Of a stretch of DNA of 64,000 nucleotides, positions 41,943 to 51,980 are shown in pieces. The translations under genes were made by a program, and so were the position numbers. The DNA comes from Dehalococcoidia bacterium (GTDB lineage: Bacteria; Chloroflexota; Dehalococcoidia; UBA6926): positions 1,455,725-1,519,724 of the forward strand of contig OZ242191.1 of NCBI GenBank assembly GCA_965205915.1, given 5' to 3'. The notes beneath the pieces are model-generated. The model saw only the letters and a list, made by a program, of their open reading frames with translations. It had not been told where the DNA came from and made no database searches. Within the stretch, counting starts at the first letter, position 1; the number at the start of each line of letters is the position of its first letter.

Positions 41943-42442
41943 ATGACAAATGAACTGCTTTCAGTCGCTGATCAGGAAGAAGCGTTGTCACGAGCATATG
42001 CCCGTGCCATTGCGGCTAGAGCGGGCTATACCACAGCGGACTACGACTATGACCGAACTGGAGTCGACCTCAGAATTCAGTCCGGTGGGCTAATGCGACC
42101 AGCAATTGAAGTTCAATTGAAAGCCACCGTTAGTCTGAATGACCCGACGGATGGCCACTACCATTTTCCTTTGAAACGAAAAAACTATGATGAGTTGATT
42201 GAGTTGACGCAGGTGCCCAGAATTCTATTGGTGTTGGATCTTCCGCGGGATCGGGGCGAGTGGATGACGGTTCGGCTGACCACCTCATTATCAGAGGGCG
42301 TGCGTACTGGCTAAATCTAAGAGACTATGGCGAGACGACCAATGTCTCCTCAGTGACCGTCAGGATACCTGAGACAAATGTCTTTGACATTGAGAGTCTG
42401 CGCTATCTCATGGAGCAGTCGAGAAAGGGCGTCATCCAGTGA
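41943..42442 (+). pseudogene. DUF4365-like PD-(D/E)xK protein, frameshifted near 42270
   Basis: EEALSRAY, DRTGVDL, EVQLKAT, PRILLVL; C-terminus AYWLNL..VTVRIP in another frame. Confidence 0.78.
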
Positions 42443-43590
42443 GAGGCAACATTGAGGACAATGAAGCTCTTTCGGCCGTTTCACCTGCCGCTCTTTCTGC
42501 TTACGCTCGTTTTCGGGGATGGGTGAAAACCGAAGAGTTTGGTGAACATTCTGACATTTACAGCTCAGGAGACTTGCCGGAGATAATCCTACCTAGAACC
42601 CAAGCGTTGGGTGATTATGCGCAAGTTGTGTCCCGCCTCATCTCTGTATTCGCTCGAACCTCAGATATGGATGAAACTGCCCTCTATAGGCATCTGTCGA
42701 CTGCAGATCGTGACGTCGTTCGTTTGCGAGTTACCGACCGTGAAGGCAACGGGAGCATACCGGCAACAGCGGCATGGAGTCTGATGTCTGGGGCACAAGA
42801 ACTTATATTGGCCGCCGCGTGTTTCTTTTTTGAGCCTCGACCTGTTTACCGAGCCGGCGCGAACCGCGAAGCTAACGAGTACTTTAATGAAGTTCGTTTC
42901 GGCCAGACGGAACAAGGGAGCTTCGTGTTGACGATGCTCGGCCCCGTTGTGCCACCAAGAATTCAGCCCCTTCTATCTGACGATATGGAACCCGACGATG
43001 CCCCCCTAGGCCGAAGAATGACCAAGCAACTTCAAACGGCCCTTGAGGCGGTGCGCATCGCAACAGAGAGCGTCGTCAGCGGAGGAACGGACAATGCTTT
43101 TGTCACGGCAGTTTCTGCCGGGGTAAGCGCCAATCTTTGCGAAGCAATTACCAAACTAGTGGAACCCTTCTCCACCGTAGATGCAACTATTGCGTGGGCC
43201 CTGACACGTCCAGCAGATCCCCTCCACAACAGTTTCCGATTTGCGAAGTCGGACGCGGCCATTCTGAAAGAGGCTGCAAGATCACTGCGGGCCCGAGCGC
43301 CTCGGCCAGATGTCCGGTTGTTTGGATTTGTTCAACGTGTCAAGCGAGACCAAGACGAGGTTGAAGGCACGATTACCCTGAAAGCATCACTGGACGGCAA
43401 AAGTCAGTCAGTAACAGCAGTACTGGACCAGTCGACATACGAACTGGCGGTGCAGGCGCATCGTGATCGTTCCGCCATCGTCATGGAAGGTGACTTGGAA
43501 GCTGTAGGCCAACGCTGGCAGTTCCACAATGGGCAGATTATGGCTGTAATTGCCAACACAGTGGGCGAAGACGAGGAAGAAAGCGATTAG
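42439..43590 (+). CDS. Hypothetical partner of the DUF4365 protein
   Basis: 383 aa, GTGA overlap; lower GC than flanks; GQTEQGSF motif. Confidence 0.75.
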   Translation: MRGNIEDNEALSAVSPAALSAYARFRGWVKTEEFGEHSDIYSSGDLPEIILPRTQALGDYAQVVSRLISVFARTSDMDETALYRHLSTADRDVVRLRVTDREGNGSIPATAAWSLMSGAQELILAAACFFFEPRPVYRAGANREANEYFNEVRFGQTEQGSFVLTMLGPVVPPRIQPLLSDDMEPDDAPLGRRMTKQLQTALEAVRIATESVVSGGTDNAFVTAVSAGVSANLCEAITKLVEPFSTVDATIAWALTRPADPLHNSFRFAKSDAAILKEAARSLRARAPRPDVRLFGFVQRVKRDQDEVEGTITLKASLDGKSQSVTAVLDQSTYELAVQAHRDRSAIVMEGDLEAVGQRWQFHNGQIMAVIANTVGEDEEESD

Positions 43591-43799
43591 CTGATCGCCT
43601 GCGTCGCAGGCAAATTGGCTAAGTATTGAGCTGAGTCGCGTGCCCCACCCCGCATCGCTCCCTGCCCGGAACCGAGGCCATGCACAAGCACTGCGGCGGG
43701 ACGCGGCTCAGCGCCCTCCGCGTCGCCTGGCGCATAGAGACGCCCCGCTAGGGTCTCCTCCCCGCTCCGAAAGCTCACATCATTAATGTTGACGCGCAT
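43587..43799 (-). pseudogene. Truncated 5' copy of the alpha/beta hydrolase
   Basis: MRVNINDVSFRSGEETLAGRLY...GGARD then unrelated sequence. Confidence 0.88.
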
Positions 43800-43889
43800 G
43801 AATCTATGGTAATGGCCCAATGCCGCCCGTCTATGAATTGGGACTAGAATAGGGACAAGTGAAGAGGTGGCCTTATGAGGGGAGAGCCA

Positions 43890-44801
43890 ATGGAAATTGG
43901 AATGATCGGCCTGGGGCGGATGGGCGGCAACATGACCCGGCGGCTCATCAACAAGGGACACCGTGTCGTCGCCTTTGATTTCAACCAGGAAGCTGTCAGC
44001 GCCGCCGCCGATGCGGGTGCCGTCGCCTCAACGTCAGTGGAGGACATGGTCTCCCGGCTTTCCGCCCCCCGCGCCGTGTGGATCATGGTGCCATCCGGCG
44101 ATCCAACGGAGCAGACAATCAACGCCGTCGCTGAATTACTGAGTTCCGGCGACACGATTATCGATGGCGGAAACTCCAACTACCACGAGACGCAGCGCCG
44201 CGCCGCCTCAGTGGCAGAGCGCGGCATCACCATGCTCGATTGCGGCACAAGCGGCGGCATCTGGGGCCTCACGGAGGGCTACAGCATGATGGTCGGTGGC
44301 GACGTCGACGCCTACAAACGCCTTGAGCCGATATTCCAGGCGCTCGCCCCATCGGAGACCGAGGGCCTCGGCCACGTCGGCCCCGCCGGCTCGGGCCACT
44401 ACGTCAAGATGATCCATAACGGCATCGAGTACGGCATGATGCAGGCCTTTGCCGAGGGCTTTGAGATTCTCAAGGCCAAGGAAGAGTTTGAACTTGATTT
44501 ACACAACGTAGGCCGCATTTGGCAACACGGCAGCGTCGTCCGCTCTTGGCTCCTTGATCTCGCCGTTTCGGCGCTGGAAAAGGATCCCGGCCTGGATGAA
44601 ATCATGGGCCACGTCTCAGACTCCGGCGAGGGTCGCTGGACCATTCAGGAGGCCATCGACCTCGATGTGCCCGCCCACGTCATCACCACGGCCCTCTTCA
44701 CACGATTCCGCTCCCGCATGAGCAACACGTTCGCTGACAGGATGTTGGCCGCGCTGCGGAACGAGTTCGGCGGCCACGCCGTTGTGAGGTCCGATTCCTG
44801 A
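43890..44801 (+). CDS. gnd: 6-phosphogluconate dehydrogenase (short type)
   Basis: GLGRMG, IIDGGNS, KMIHNGIEYG, DSGEGRW, LRNEFGGH. Confidence 0.97.
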   Translation: MEIGMIGLGRMGGNMTRRLINKGHRVVAFDFNQEAVSAAADAGAVASTSVEDMVSRLSAPRAVWIMVPSGDPTEQTINAVAELLSSGDTIIDGGNSNYHETQRRAASVAERGITMLDCGTSGGIWGLTEGYSMMVGGDVDAYKRLEPIFQALAPSETEGLGHVGPAGSGHYVKMIHNGIEYGMMQAFAEGFEILKAKEEFELDLHNVGRIWQHGSVVRSWLLDLAVSALEKDPGLDEIMGHVSDSGEGRWTIQEAIDLDVPAHVITTALFTRFRSRMSNTFADRMLAALRNEFGGHAVVRSDS

Positions 44802-46330
44802 TGACCATGTTCGCGCCGGCCTCTGCGGATCACCCCGCCGGCACAGACGATCCGATCACCACGATAGTGATCGCCGGCGCGACGGGCGATCTCGCGCAAC
44901 GCAAGCTACTGCCTGCGCTCTATCACCTTTGGCTCAAGGGGCGGCTAGCGCCAAACGTGCCAATAGTCGGGTTTTCGCGCGCCATGATGACGTCGGACGA
45001 GTTCCGCGAATTCATGTGGCGGGGCATCCAGGAGATCGGCGGCCTTGAGCCGAGACGCGAGGAGTGGGACGCCTTCGCCCCGCGCTTGAGCTATTTCGGC
45101 GGAGACCTCGCCAGCACGGACGATGTGGGCGTCCTGCGCGTCCACATCGAGGAGCTTGAAGGTGGCGATCCCAAGGCCAACCGCCTCTTCTACCTCTCCA
45201 TAACCCCGGCAATCTTTGGCGCGGCCGTGTCCAGCCTGGGCGCCTGCGGACTGGTGGAGGAGACGCCTGAGAGCGGCTGGCGGCGTGTCGTCATCGAAAA
45301 GCCGTTTGGGCGTGACCTCGTAACTGCGCATGCGCTCAACTCCTCTATCCACCGCGTCTTTCATGAGGAGCAGGTCTATCGCATCGACCACTATCTCGGC
45401 AAGGAGACCGTGCAAAACCTGCTGGTCTTGCGATTTGCCAACGCGATCTTCGAGCCGATCTGGAATCGCAACTACGTGGACAATGTTCAAATCACGGTGG
45501 CGGAGTCCGTGGACGTGGGCGAGCGCGCCGGCTACTACGATCAGTTCGGCGTCGTCCGTGACATGATCCAGAATCACCTTTTGCAAGTGCTCGCTCTTGT
45601 CACGATGGAGCCGCCGGTCACTCTTGAGGCCGACTCCCTGCGCAACAAAAAGGTGGAGGCGCTGCGAGCAATTCGGCCCTGGACAGCCATTGAGGCCGCG
45701 CGCAATGCCGTGCGTGCTCAATACATCGGCTACCGGGACGCGCAGGGTGTCGATCCCCATTCCGCAACACCTACCTACGCCGCCATGCGCCTCTATCTCG
45801 ATAATTGGCGATGGCAGGGCGTTCCGTTCTATCTCCGCTCCGGCAAGGCATTGGCGCGAAAATCCTCCGAGATCGCCATCGAGTTCCGCGCCCCGCCGCA
45901 CCGCATCTTCCCCGCCAACCCCATGTGGGGACCGTTGGCGAACATCCTGACCCTCCGGCTACAGCCTGACGAGGGCGTTCACCTGCGATTCGCCGCCAAG
46001 CTGCCCGATGAGGGCATGGCTGTTCGGCCCGTGCATATGGACTTTCACTACGGCACAGAGTTCGGGACGGACGATCTGCCCGAAGCATACGAACGCCTGC
46101 TACAGGACGCGCTGGAAGGCGATGCCTCCCTTTTCATCCGCAGCGACCACATCGAGGAGGCGTGGAAGATCGTCGATCCCCTGCTTGAGGCGTGGGAAGA
46201 CTCCATCTCCCACCCCGTGCAATGGTACGAGCCGGGCTCATGGGGGCCCGACACAGCTGACGCGCTGCTATCCCAGGACGGGCGCTCATGGGCGACCGTC
46301 GGTGACAGGCATGGACGAATCAGCGACTGA
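44801..46330 (+). CDS. zwf: Glucose-6-phosphate 1-dehydrogenase
   Basis: GATGDLA, EKPFG, RIDHYLGKE. Confidence 0.98.
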   Translation: MTMFAPASADHPAGTDDPITTIVIAGATGDLAQRKLLPALYHLWLKGRLAPNVPIVGFSRAMMTSDEFREFMWRGIQEIGGLEPRREEWDAFAPRLSYFGGDLASTDDVGVLRVHIEELEGGDPKANRLFYLSITPAIFGAAVSSLGACGLVEETPESGWRRVVIEKPFGRDLVTAHALNSSIHRVFHEEQVYRIDHYLGKETVQNLLVLRFANAIFEPIWNRNYVDNVQITVAESVDVGERAGYYDQFGVVRDMIQNHLLQVLALVTMEPPVTLEADSLRNKKVEALRAIRPWTAIEAARNAVRAQYIGYRDAQGVDPHSATPTYAAMRLYLDNWRWQGVPFYLRSGKALARKSSEIAIEFRAPPHRIFPANPMWGPLANILTLRLQPDEGVHLRFAAKLPDEGMAVRPVHMDFHYGTEFGTDDLPEAYERLLQDALEGDASLFIRSDHIEEAWKIVDPLLEAWEDSISHPVQWYEPGSWGPDTADALLSQDGRSWATVGDRHGRISD

Positions 46331-47066
46331 CACCGAAATAGCAATCCTGCCCGATGAGCGATCCGTCGCTCTGGCCGCGGCGAACGTCATTGTCGCCTGG
46401 TCTGAGACGTTGGACGAGGAGGACTTCTCCATCGCCCTCGCGGGAGGCTCAACCCCCCGCCTCCTTTATCAAACATTGGCGCGCGAGCCGTACCTCTCAC
46501 GGATCAACTGGGAACGCTGGCATGTGTGGTGGGGCGATGAGCGCGCCGTGCCCCCGGATGCGCCGGAGAGCAACTACGTCATGGCCAAAGAGGCGCTCCT
46601 TGATCACGTTCCAATCCCCATGGACCACGTTCACCGCATCCATGGCGAACTCGGCGCGCTGGCTGCCGCACTTGCATACGAGGACGAGCTCCGCGACCAC
46701 TTTGGCGCGCCCATGCCGCAATTTGACCTCATCCTGCTTGGCATCGGCGAGGACGGACACACGGCCTCCCTCTTTCCGGGCACGGAGGCGCTGCAAGAAT
46801 CGCCGCGGTCCGTCGTGCCCGGCATCGCTCCGCGTCCGCCGCATGACCGTGTGACGCTCACTTTTCCAGCCATCAACGCGGCGGAGCGCGTCCTCTTTAT
46901 CGTGACCGGCCGTGACAAGGCGTATGCGCTGCGCAGGGTTATCGCCGCGGATCAGGAGGACACCCACCGCCCGCCCGCCGCGTTGATCCGTCCGGTCAGC
47001 GGCTCCGCGCAATTCCTGGTGGATGAGGCAGCCGCGCTGTTCCTGACCGCCGCGCGGGCCCAATAG
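46311..47066 (+). CDS. pgl: 6-phosphogluconolactonase
   Basis: ALAGGSTP, GDERAVP, LGIGEDGHTASLFP. Confidence 0.96.
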   Translation: MDESATDTEIAILPDERSVALAAANVIVAWSETLDEEDFSIALAGGSTPRLLYQTLAREPYLSRINWERWHVWWGDERAVPPDAPESNYVMAKEALLDHVPIPMDHVHRIHGELGALAAALAYEDELRDHFGAPMPQFDLILLGIGEDGHTASLFPGTEALQESPRSVVPGIAPRPPHDRVTLTFPAINAAERVLFIVTGRDKAYALRRVIAADQEDTHRPPAALIRPVSGSAQFLVDEAAALFLTAARAQ

Positions 47067-47105
47067 AATCAGCGTCAATCATGGAATTACACGTATAGTT
47101 CGACA

Positions 47106-49037
47106 ATGACAACCAACACAAACGGCTACAAGAACATCGGTGATTACGGCCTTATTGGCGACCGGCACTCTGCCGCGCTCGTCGGCATCGACGGCTCCAT
47201 AGATTGGTGCGCCTTCCCCCGCTTTGACTCCCCCAGCGTCTTCGCGGCGATTCTGGACAGCGAGAAGGGTGGCCGTTTCGCAGTCACGCCGTCCGAGGTC
47301 TACACGGGCGGTCAACGCTATCTGCCGGATTCCAATGTCCTGGAGACGCAATTCGTTACTCGCACCGGCTCATCCACCCTAACGGACTTCATGCCATTCT
47401 TCCGCCGACCTGATCGCTCATGGGTCGCGCACGGATGCATCATTCGCGTGCTGCGCTGCAATTCGGGCGACATCACCATGCGCATCGCCTATGAGCCGAA
47501 GCCGGACTACGGTCGCGGATCCGAAGCATTGCGGGAGCGCAACGGCACGCTGGTCGTCAAGGACGGGGACTATGAGCTGATCCTGGAAACCACGCTGCCA
47601 CTAACGATCAACGAGTCGGGCGATGGCGCCTACGCCGAGGTCTTGTTAAAGGAAGGCATGGAGGCCGTCTTTGTCGTGAGGCACGTCGTGGAGGGCCACG
47701 AGGAGGCAATACCCTCCGCCCTCGCCTCGGCCATGCCGCACGAGCTTCTCACACTGACTGACGCGTACTGGCGCAACCTGTCGATGAGCATCGCCTACAA
47801 TGGGCAGTATCGCGATATGGTCGTGCGTTCGTATCTCGTGCTGCACTTGCTCGTGTACGTGCCCACCGGCGCAATCGTCGCCGCCCCCACGACCTCTCTG
47901 CCGGAGTGGATCGGAGGCAGCCGCAACTGGGACTACCGATTTACCTGGTTACGCGATGCCTCCTTCACGATCGATGCCTTGATGCACCTCGGCCACACCC
48001 ACGAAGCCCGTGAGTTCTTCGATTGGTTGGCGCAGGCGTGCGGCCTCAGCGACGACCGCCTCGAATGGGAAATCGACGGCGAGGATGACCACCTGCATAT
48101 CCTCTATCGCATCGATGGCGATACTGACCCAACGGAGGAAGAGTTGCCCCACCTCGAAGGTTATCGAGGCTCCGGCCCCGTTCGCATCGGCAACGGCGCG
48201 TATGACCAGATTCAGCAGGACGTCTACGGGGAGCTCCTCGCCAGCGCCCACCTGTTGGCCACGCATGGCGAGGAAGTGACGGACGGCCACTGGGACGTCG
48301 TCAAGACCCTCGCCAACCTGGCAGCAAAGGAATGGCGGGAACCGGACAGCGGCATCTGGGAGGTGCGCGGCGGGCCGTTCCACTTCGTCACATCCAACGC
48401 CCTCTGCTGGGTGGCCCTGGATCGGGCGATTAAGCTGGGCGAGATGTACGTGCCGGACGACCCGGACATCGAATACTGGCGCACGGAAGCGGAAGCGATC
48501 CGGGAGGACGTGCTGGAAAACGGCTGGAGCGAGGACAAGAAAGCCTTCGTTCAGCATTACGACTCCGGCGCGATGGACGCCGGCCTCTTGCTTCTTCCAC
48601 TCATGGGATTCATCGAATTCGACGACCCGAAGTTTGTCTCGACGCTTGAGCGGATCGAGATGGAACTGCGTGAGGGCCCCTTCGTCAAGCGTTACCGAAC
48701 AGAGGAGACGGATGATGGCGTGTTCGGCCCGGAAGGCGCGTTCACGCTATGTAGCTTCTGGCTCGTGCAGGTGCTCAACCACGTCGGCCGGCGAGCCGAG
48801 GCGCAGCGCATCTTCTCTCAGCTCTTGACCTACGCGAACCACCTCGGCCTCTTCGCGGAGATGATCGATCCCCGCAGCGGTCTCGCCTTGGGCAACTTCC
48901 CGCAGGCGTTCACACACATCGGCCTCATCCTCGCCGCGCTTGAATGCACCTGGCACCAGGAGGACCCGGAGGAGGGCGAACACCAGGAGCACCACGCCCA
49001 CGCCACCCACGCAGACCACGACCACCACGGAGACTAG
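47106..49037 (+). CDS. Glycoside hydrolase family 15 (trehalase/glucoamylase-like), His-rich tail
   Basis: AAPTTSLPE, RNWDYRFTWLRD, GIWEVRG, GNFPQAFTH. Confidence 0.95.
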   Translation: MTTNTNGYKNIGDYGLIGDRHSAALVGIDGSIDWCAFPRFDSPSVFAAILDSEKGGRFAVTPSEVYTGGQRYLPDSNVLETQFVTRTGSSTLTDFMPFFRRPDRSWVAHGCIIRVLRCNSGDITMRIAYEPKPDYGRGSEALRERNGTLVVKDGDYELILETTLPLTINESGDGAYAEVLLKEGMEAVFVVRHVVEGHEEAIPSALASAMPHELLTLTDAYWRNLSMSIAYNGQYRDMVVRSYLVLHLLVYVPTGAIVAAPTTSLPEWIGGSRNWDYRFTWLRDASFTIDALMHLGHTHEAREFFDWLAQACGLSDDRLEWEIDGEDDHLHILYRIDGDTDPTEEELPHLEGYRGSGPVRIGNGAYDQIQQDVYGELLASAHLLATHGEEVTDGHWDVVKTLANLAAKEWREPDSGIWEVRGGPFHFVTSNALCWVALDRAIKLGEMYVPDDPDIEYWRTEAEAIREDVLENGWSEDKKAFVQHYDSGAMDAGLLLLPLMGFIEFDDPKFVSTLERIEMELREGPFVKRYRTEETDDGVFGPEGAFTLCSFWLVQVLNHVGRRAEAQRIFSQLLTYANHLGLFAEMIDPRSGLALGNFPQAFTHIGLILAALECTWHQEDPEEGEHQEHHAHATHADHDHHGD

Positions 49038-49084
49038 CGGGCCGGGGGTTCTGCCATCTGACCGGTTGTCGATATAATGTAACT

Positions 49085-49363
49085 ATGCGCACGACACTCA
49101 AGATTGATGACGATGTATTGGCGGCAGCTCGGGAGCTTGCCGATCGCGACGGCTGTACCTTGGGCAAAGCCGTCTCCGAATTGGCGAGGAAGGGTTTCAC
49201 CGACTCAAAGCCCACGCCCGATACTGCCTCAAAGCCTCCAGCCGACACCAACACAAAGCCCCCAACCGACACCAAATTCAAAATCCCCACCTTCGACGTG
49301 CCGCCGGACGCTCCGATATTCACCATGGAGGACGTCAAGCGCGCTCTTGAAGATTTCCCGTGA
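49085..49363 (+). CDS. VapB-like RHH antitoxin
   Basis: MRTTLKIDDDVL...LGKAVSELAR; TATAAT 6 nt upstream. Confidence 0.85.
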   Translation: MRTTLKIDDDVLAAARELADRDGCTLGKAVSELARKGFTDSKPTPDTASKPPADTNTKPPTDTKFKIPTFDVPPDAPIFTMEDVKRALEDFP

Positions 49364-49794
49364 TTTCGCTACTCGATGTCAATGTACTCTTGGCTCTAAT
49401 CTGGCCAAATAACGCTCATCACGCGTCAGCAAACGCATGGTTCGCAGAGGTCGAAAGTGACGGTTGGGCCACCTGCGCTATTACGGAAGCGGGATTTGTG
49501 CGAATCTCGTGCAATCCGGCTGTCGTGCAGCGACGAGTCACGCCCAATGAGGCAATTCGTATCCTGCGCGAACTGGAAACCGACCCACATCACACCTATT
49601 TGCCGCTCAACCGCTCCCTCACCCAACTGCCATCGGAGATCCAAAGGCGCCTAACCGGCCCCAGGCAAATAACGGATGCCATCCTCCTCGCGGCCGCAAT
49701 GGACAGCCAATTTCAACTGGCTACGTTCGATACCGGGTTGGCCTCCCTCGTACCGGAGGAGGCCGGCCGTCACCTGCTCGTCATCCCGGTCTGA
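49360..49794 (+). CDS. vapC: VapC/PIN toxin
   Basis: LLDVNVLLAL, TEAGFVR, QITDA, LATFD. Confidence 0.9.
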   Translation: MISLLDVNVLLALIWPNNAHHASANAWFAEVESDGWATCAITEAGFVRISCNPAVVQRRVTPNEAIRILRELETDPHHTYLPLNRSLTQLPSEIQRRLTGPRQITDAILLAAAMDSQFQLATFDTGLASLVPEEAGRHLLVIPV

Positions 49795-49798
49795 AGCG

Positions 49799-51808
49799 AT
49801 GCGATACACGATCCTGGCGGTTGCTACGATCTTTATTCTCGTTGCCGCCGCATGTACTCGCATAGATCAGGTACCAACCCCTGAACCGTTTCCAACAGCT
49901 ACGACCAATGCAGCCTCCGCCATTCCAAACGCGGTGACAACCGTCGCCGCTACCCCTGTTGAGGTTGAAATACGAACCCCCGCGCCAACGCCCACATCGA
50001 CGCCGGCCACGCCAACGTCCATTGATGATCTGGCGTGGGTTGCCGACGGCATTCAGAGCGGCGAAATCGAGGTCTTCGAGGCCCTGCGAGCCCTGGCAAA
50101 AGGTGATGGTGTGGAGCCGCTGATTCTGGAGAAGAGGTGGCTTCACTATCGCGTGGATTTCAGGGAAATCGAAGCCCTGCTGGCCCTGGCTGGAATCGAC
50201 AGGATCTACGGCGCGGAATCTACGGAAATAGTATTGCGAATTCTCGAAATGCCTATTCTCGATAACCTGGACGAAGACGACACGAGGGCAGTGGAGTTCA
50301 TGCTGCTGGCTGCGGAGCGTGACGCGGAGGCAACTCGTGATGTCATTCTCGGACTGGATACCCTGCCGGCAGCGGTCTAGGATTCACGTGTCTTACCGCT
50401 TTCGTTCCTGGACCGTCGCGCCGCAGATTCGATTAGGAATCTGGAGTGGTTCGCGAATGGTGTGTCTAGGAGTGCGGCCCCGCTTCTCTATAACCTGGCC
50501 CTGATCCGCCTGGATTCCCCCGAGGCTTTCGAGGAGTTAATTCAGGCGCAATGGCTGAACGAGTCGCAACCACTTCCACGAGACGCCGTTGAGCAGTTCG
50601 CCAGGATTGCCACGGGCGGTGATCGAGATTCGGCATCCGCCCTGGCAATAGCGCGGATGCCGTTCGTGGAAAAGGGGGAAGCGGTCCTCCCCATCATGGA
50701 GCGATTTGCGACAATTCATGAGCGTGCCAATGGACGCCTCGCCGCCGTCCTCGCCAATCCGAACCTGAACGTGGAGATCTCCCCGCTGAATCTGGGCGTC
50801 GTCGTAGTGGCGAGTATTGAGGAAGAAAGCCCCGCGTTTGCAGAGACCCTTTGGGCATTGTCATGGGCAACAGACGACCTTACCAACAAGGAGGCAGATT
50901 TTTTTGAAAGGCTTGATGCCGTGCGCCTCCGGTCCACTGCGATTGATGCGGCCATCGTCCGGTACCAGTGGATTGCAAATGGTATCGCCGACGAAGACAT
51001 CCGCATGGTAAGAAACCTTTCGAAAGCCATCGATGCGCAGAATGCTTTAGCCGAACAGATCACCGACCTGCAATGGCTGTATGGCGACATCACATGGCCC
51101 ATGGCAGACGCCGTGGACGGCCTTGGAAGGGTCAATGCATTCGATCCCAAAGCGACGGAAATACTGCTCGACTTGGCTGGCGCCGCGCAAGACGATGAGA
51201 CGGCGAGAGACGTCGTTAAGGCGATTGGTTCGAGCAAGTGGCGCTCAATCGATGAGATGAAGCGGATAGCGAACCTCTCCTGGATAGCGGACGGCATAAC
51301 GAAGTGGGAGGCCCACACTTTGTTGCCGATCACATACATTCAAGCTGAGGCCCCCGATTCCGTTGCTGGTACTTTGGCGTTACCGTGGGTCGCTGATGGA
51401 ATTACAAGCAGCGAGGAAATTGAGGGATGTTTTCAGATACAACGCTTCGCCACCGTGACGCAGGGCGACGACCCCGAGCCGAACATCGCCGGCTATGAGG
51501 CGTACGCCGAACTGATTGCCAAACCATGGATTGTGGATGGCGTGAGTCCAACCGAGGCCGCTGTTATCGAGGGCATGAAGAATCTCGTTCAGGTGGAGGA
51601 GACGCGTATCGGGGAACTCTTGTGGTTCCTGGTCAGGATGCCTTTCCTGAACAAAATATCCGGGGTTGAGCAGGGAATTGTCACTGACATTAGGGAGTTT
51701 CTCGAGCGATACAGACGGCGAGCGCTCGAAGCCTTCCTCGATTCCGACAGCTCCCCGCAGATTGACGATACGTCTGTCCTGGATGACTTTGTTGGACTCC
51801 TCCAGTAA
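49799..51808 (+). pseudogene. Repeat lipoprotein (W-x-x-D/N-G-I/V helical repeats) interrupted by one in-frame TAG at 50378-50380
   Basis: Lipobox AAAC; 49799 and 50462 ORFs share a frame; the intervening sequence encodes another repeat (LEWFANGV). Confidence 0.75.
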
Positions 51809-51980
51809 GCAGCGCTCGGTTCGCCACAAGCCTGCCTGAAAGCGCATCCTCTCTTCCCCCCTCCCTTCTCCTGTAAAATACGTGCGGATATGACGTTGTG
51901 TGTCGGTTGGACACGCGACCACCTAGTACCGAGATCCCAACCGTCGCCTTGACTAGTGCAGCATCTTTGATTGGCCACGC

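Larger units (their letters stand above)
41662..43781. repeat. 147-bp direct repeat (41662-41808 and 43635-43781) bracketing a two-gene island
   Basis: Near-identical sequence at offset 1973 bp. Confidence 0.93.

Noticed and set aside
50378..50380. Pyrrolysine or recoded TAG
   Set aside because: No pyl genes in view and TAG terminates many core genes here (atpA, atpD, rex)
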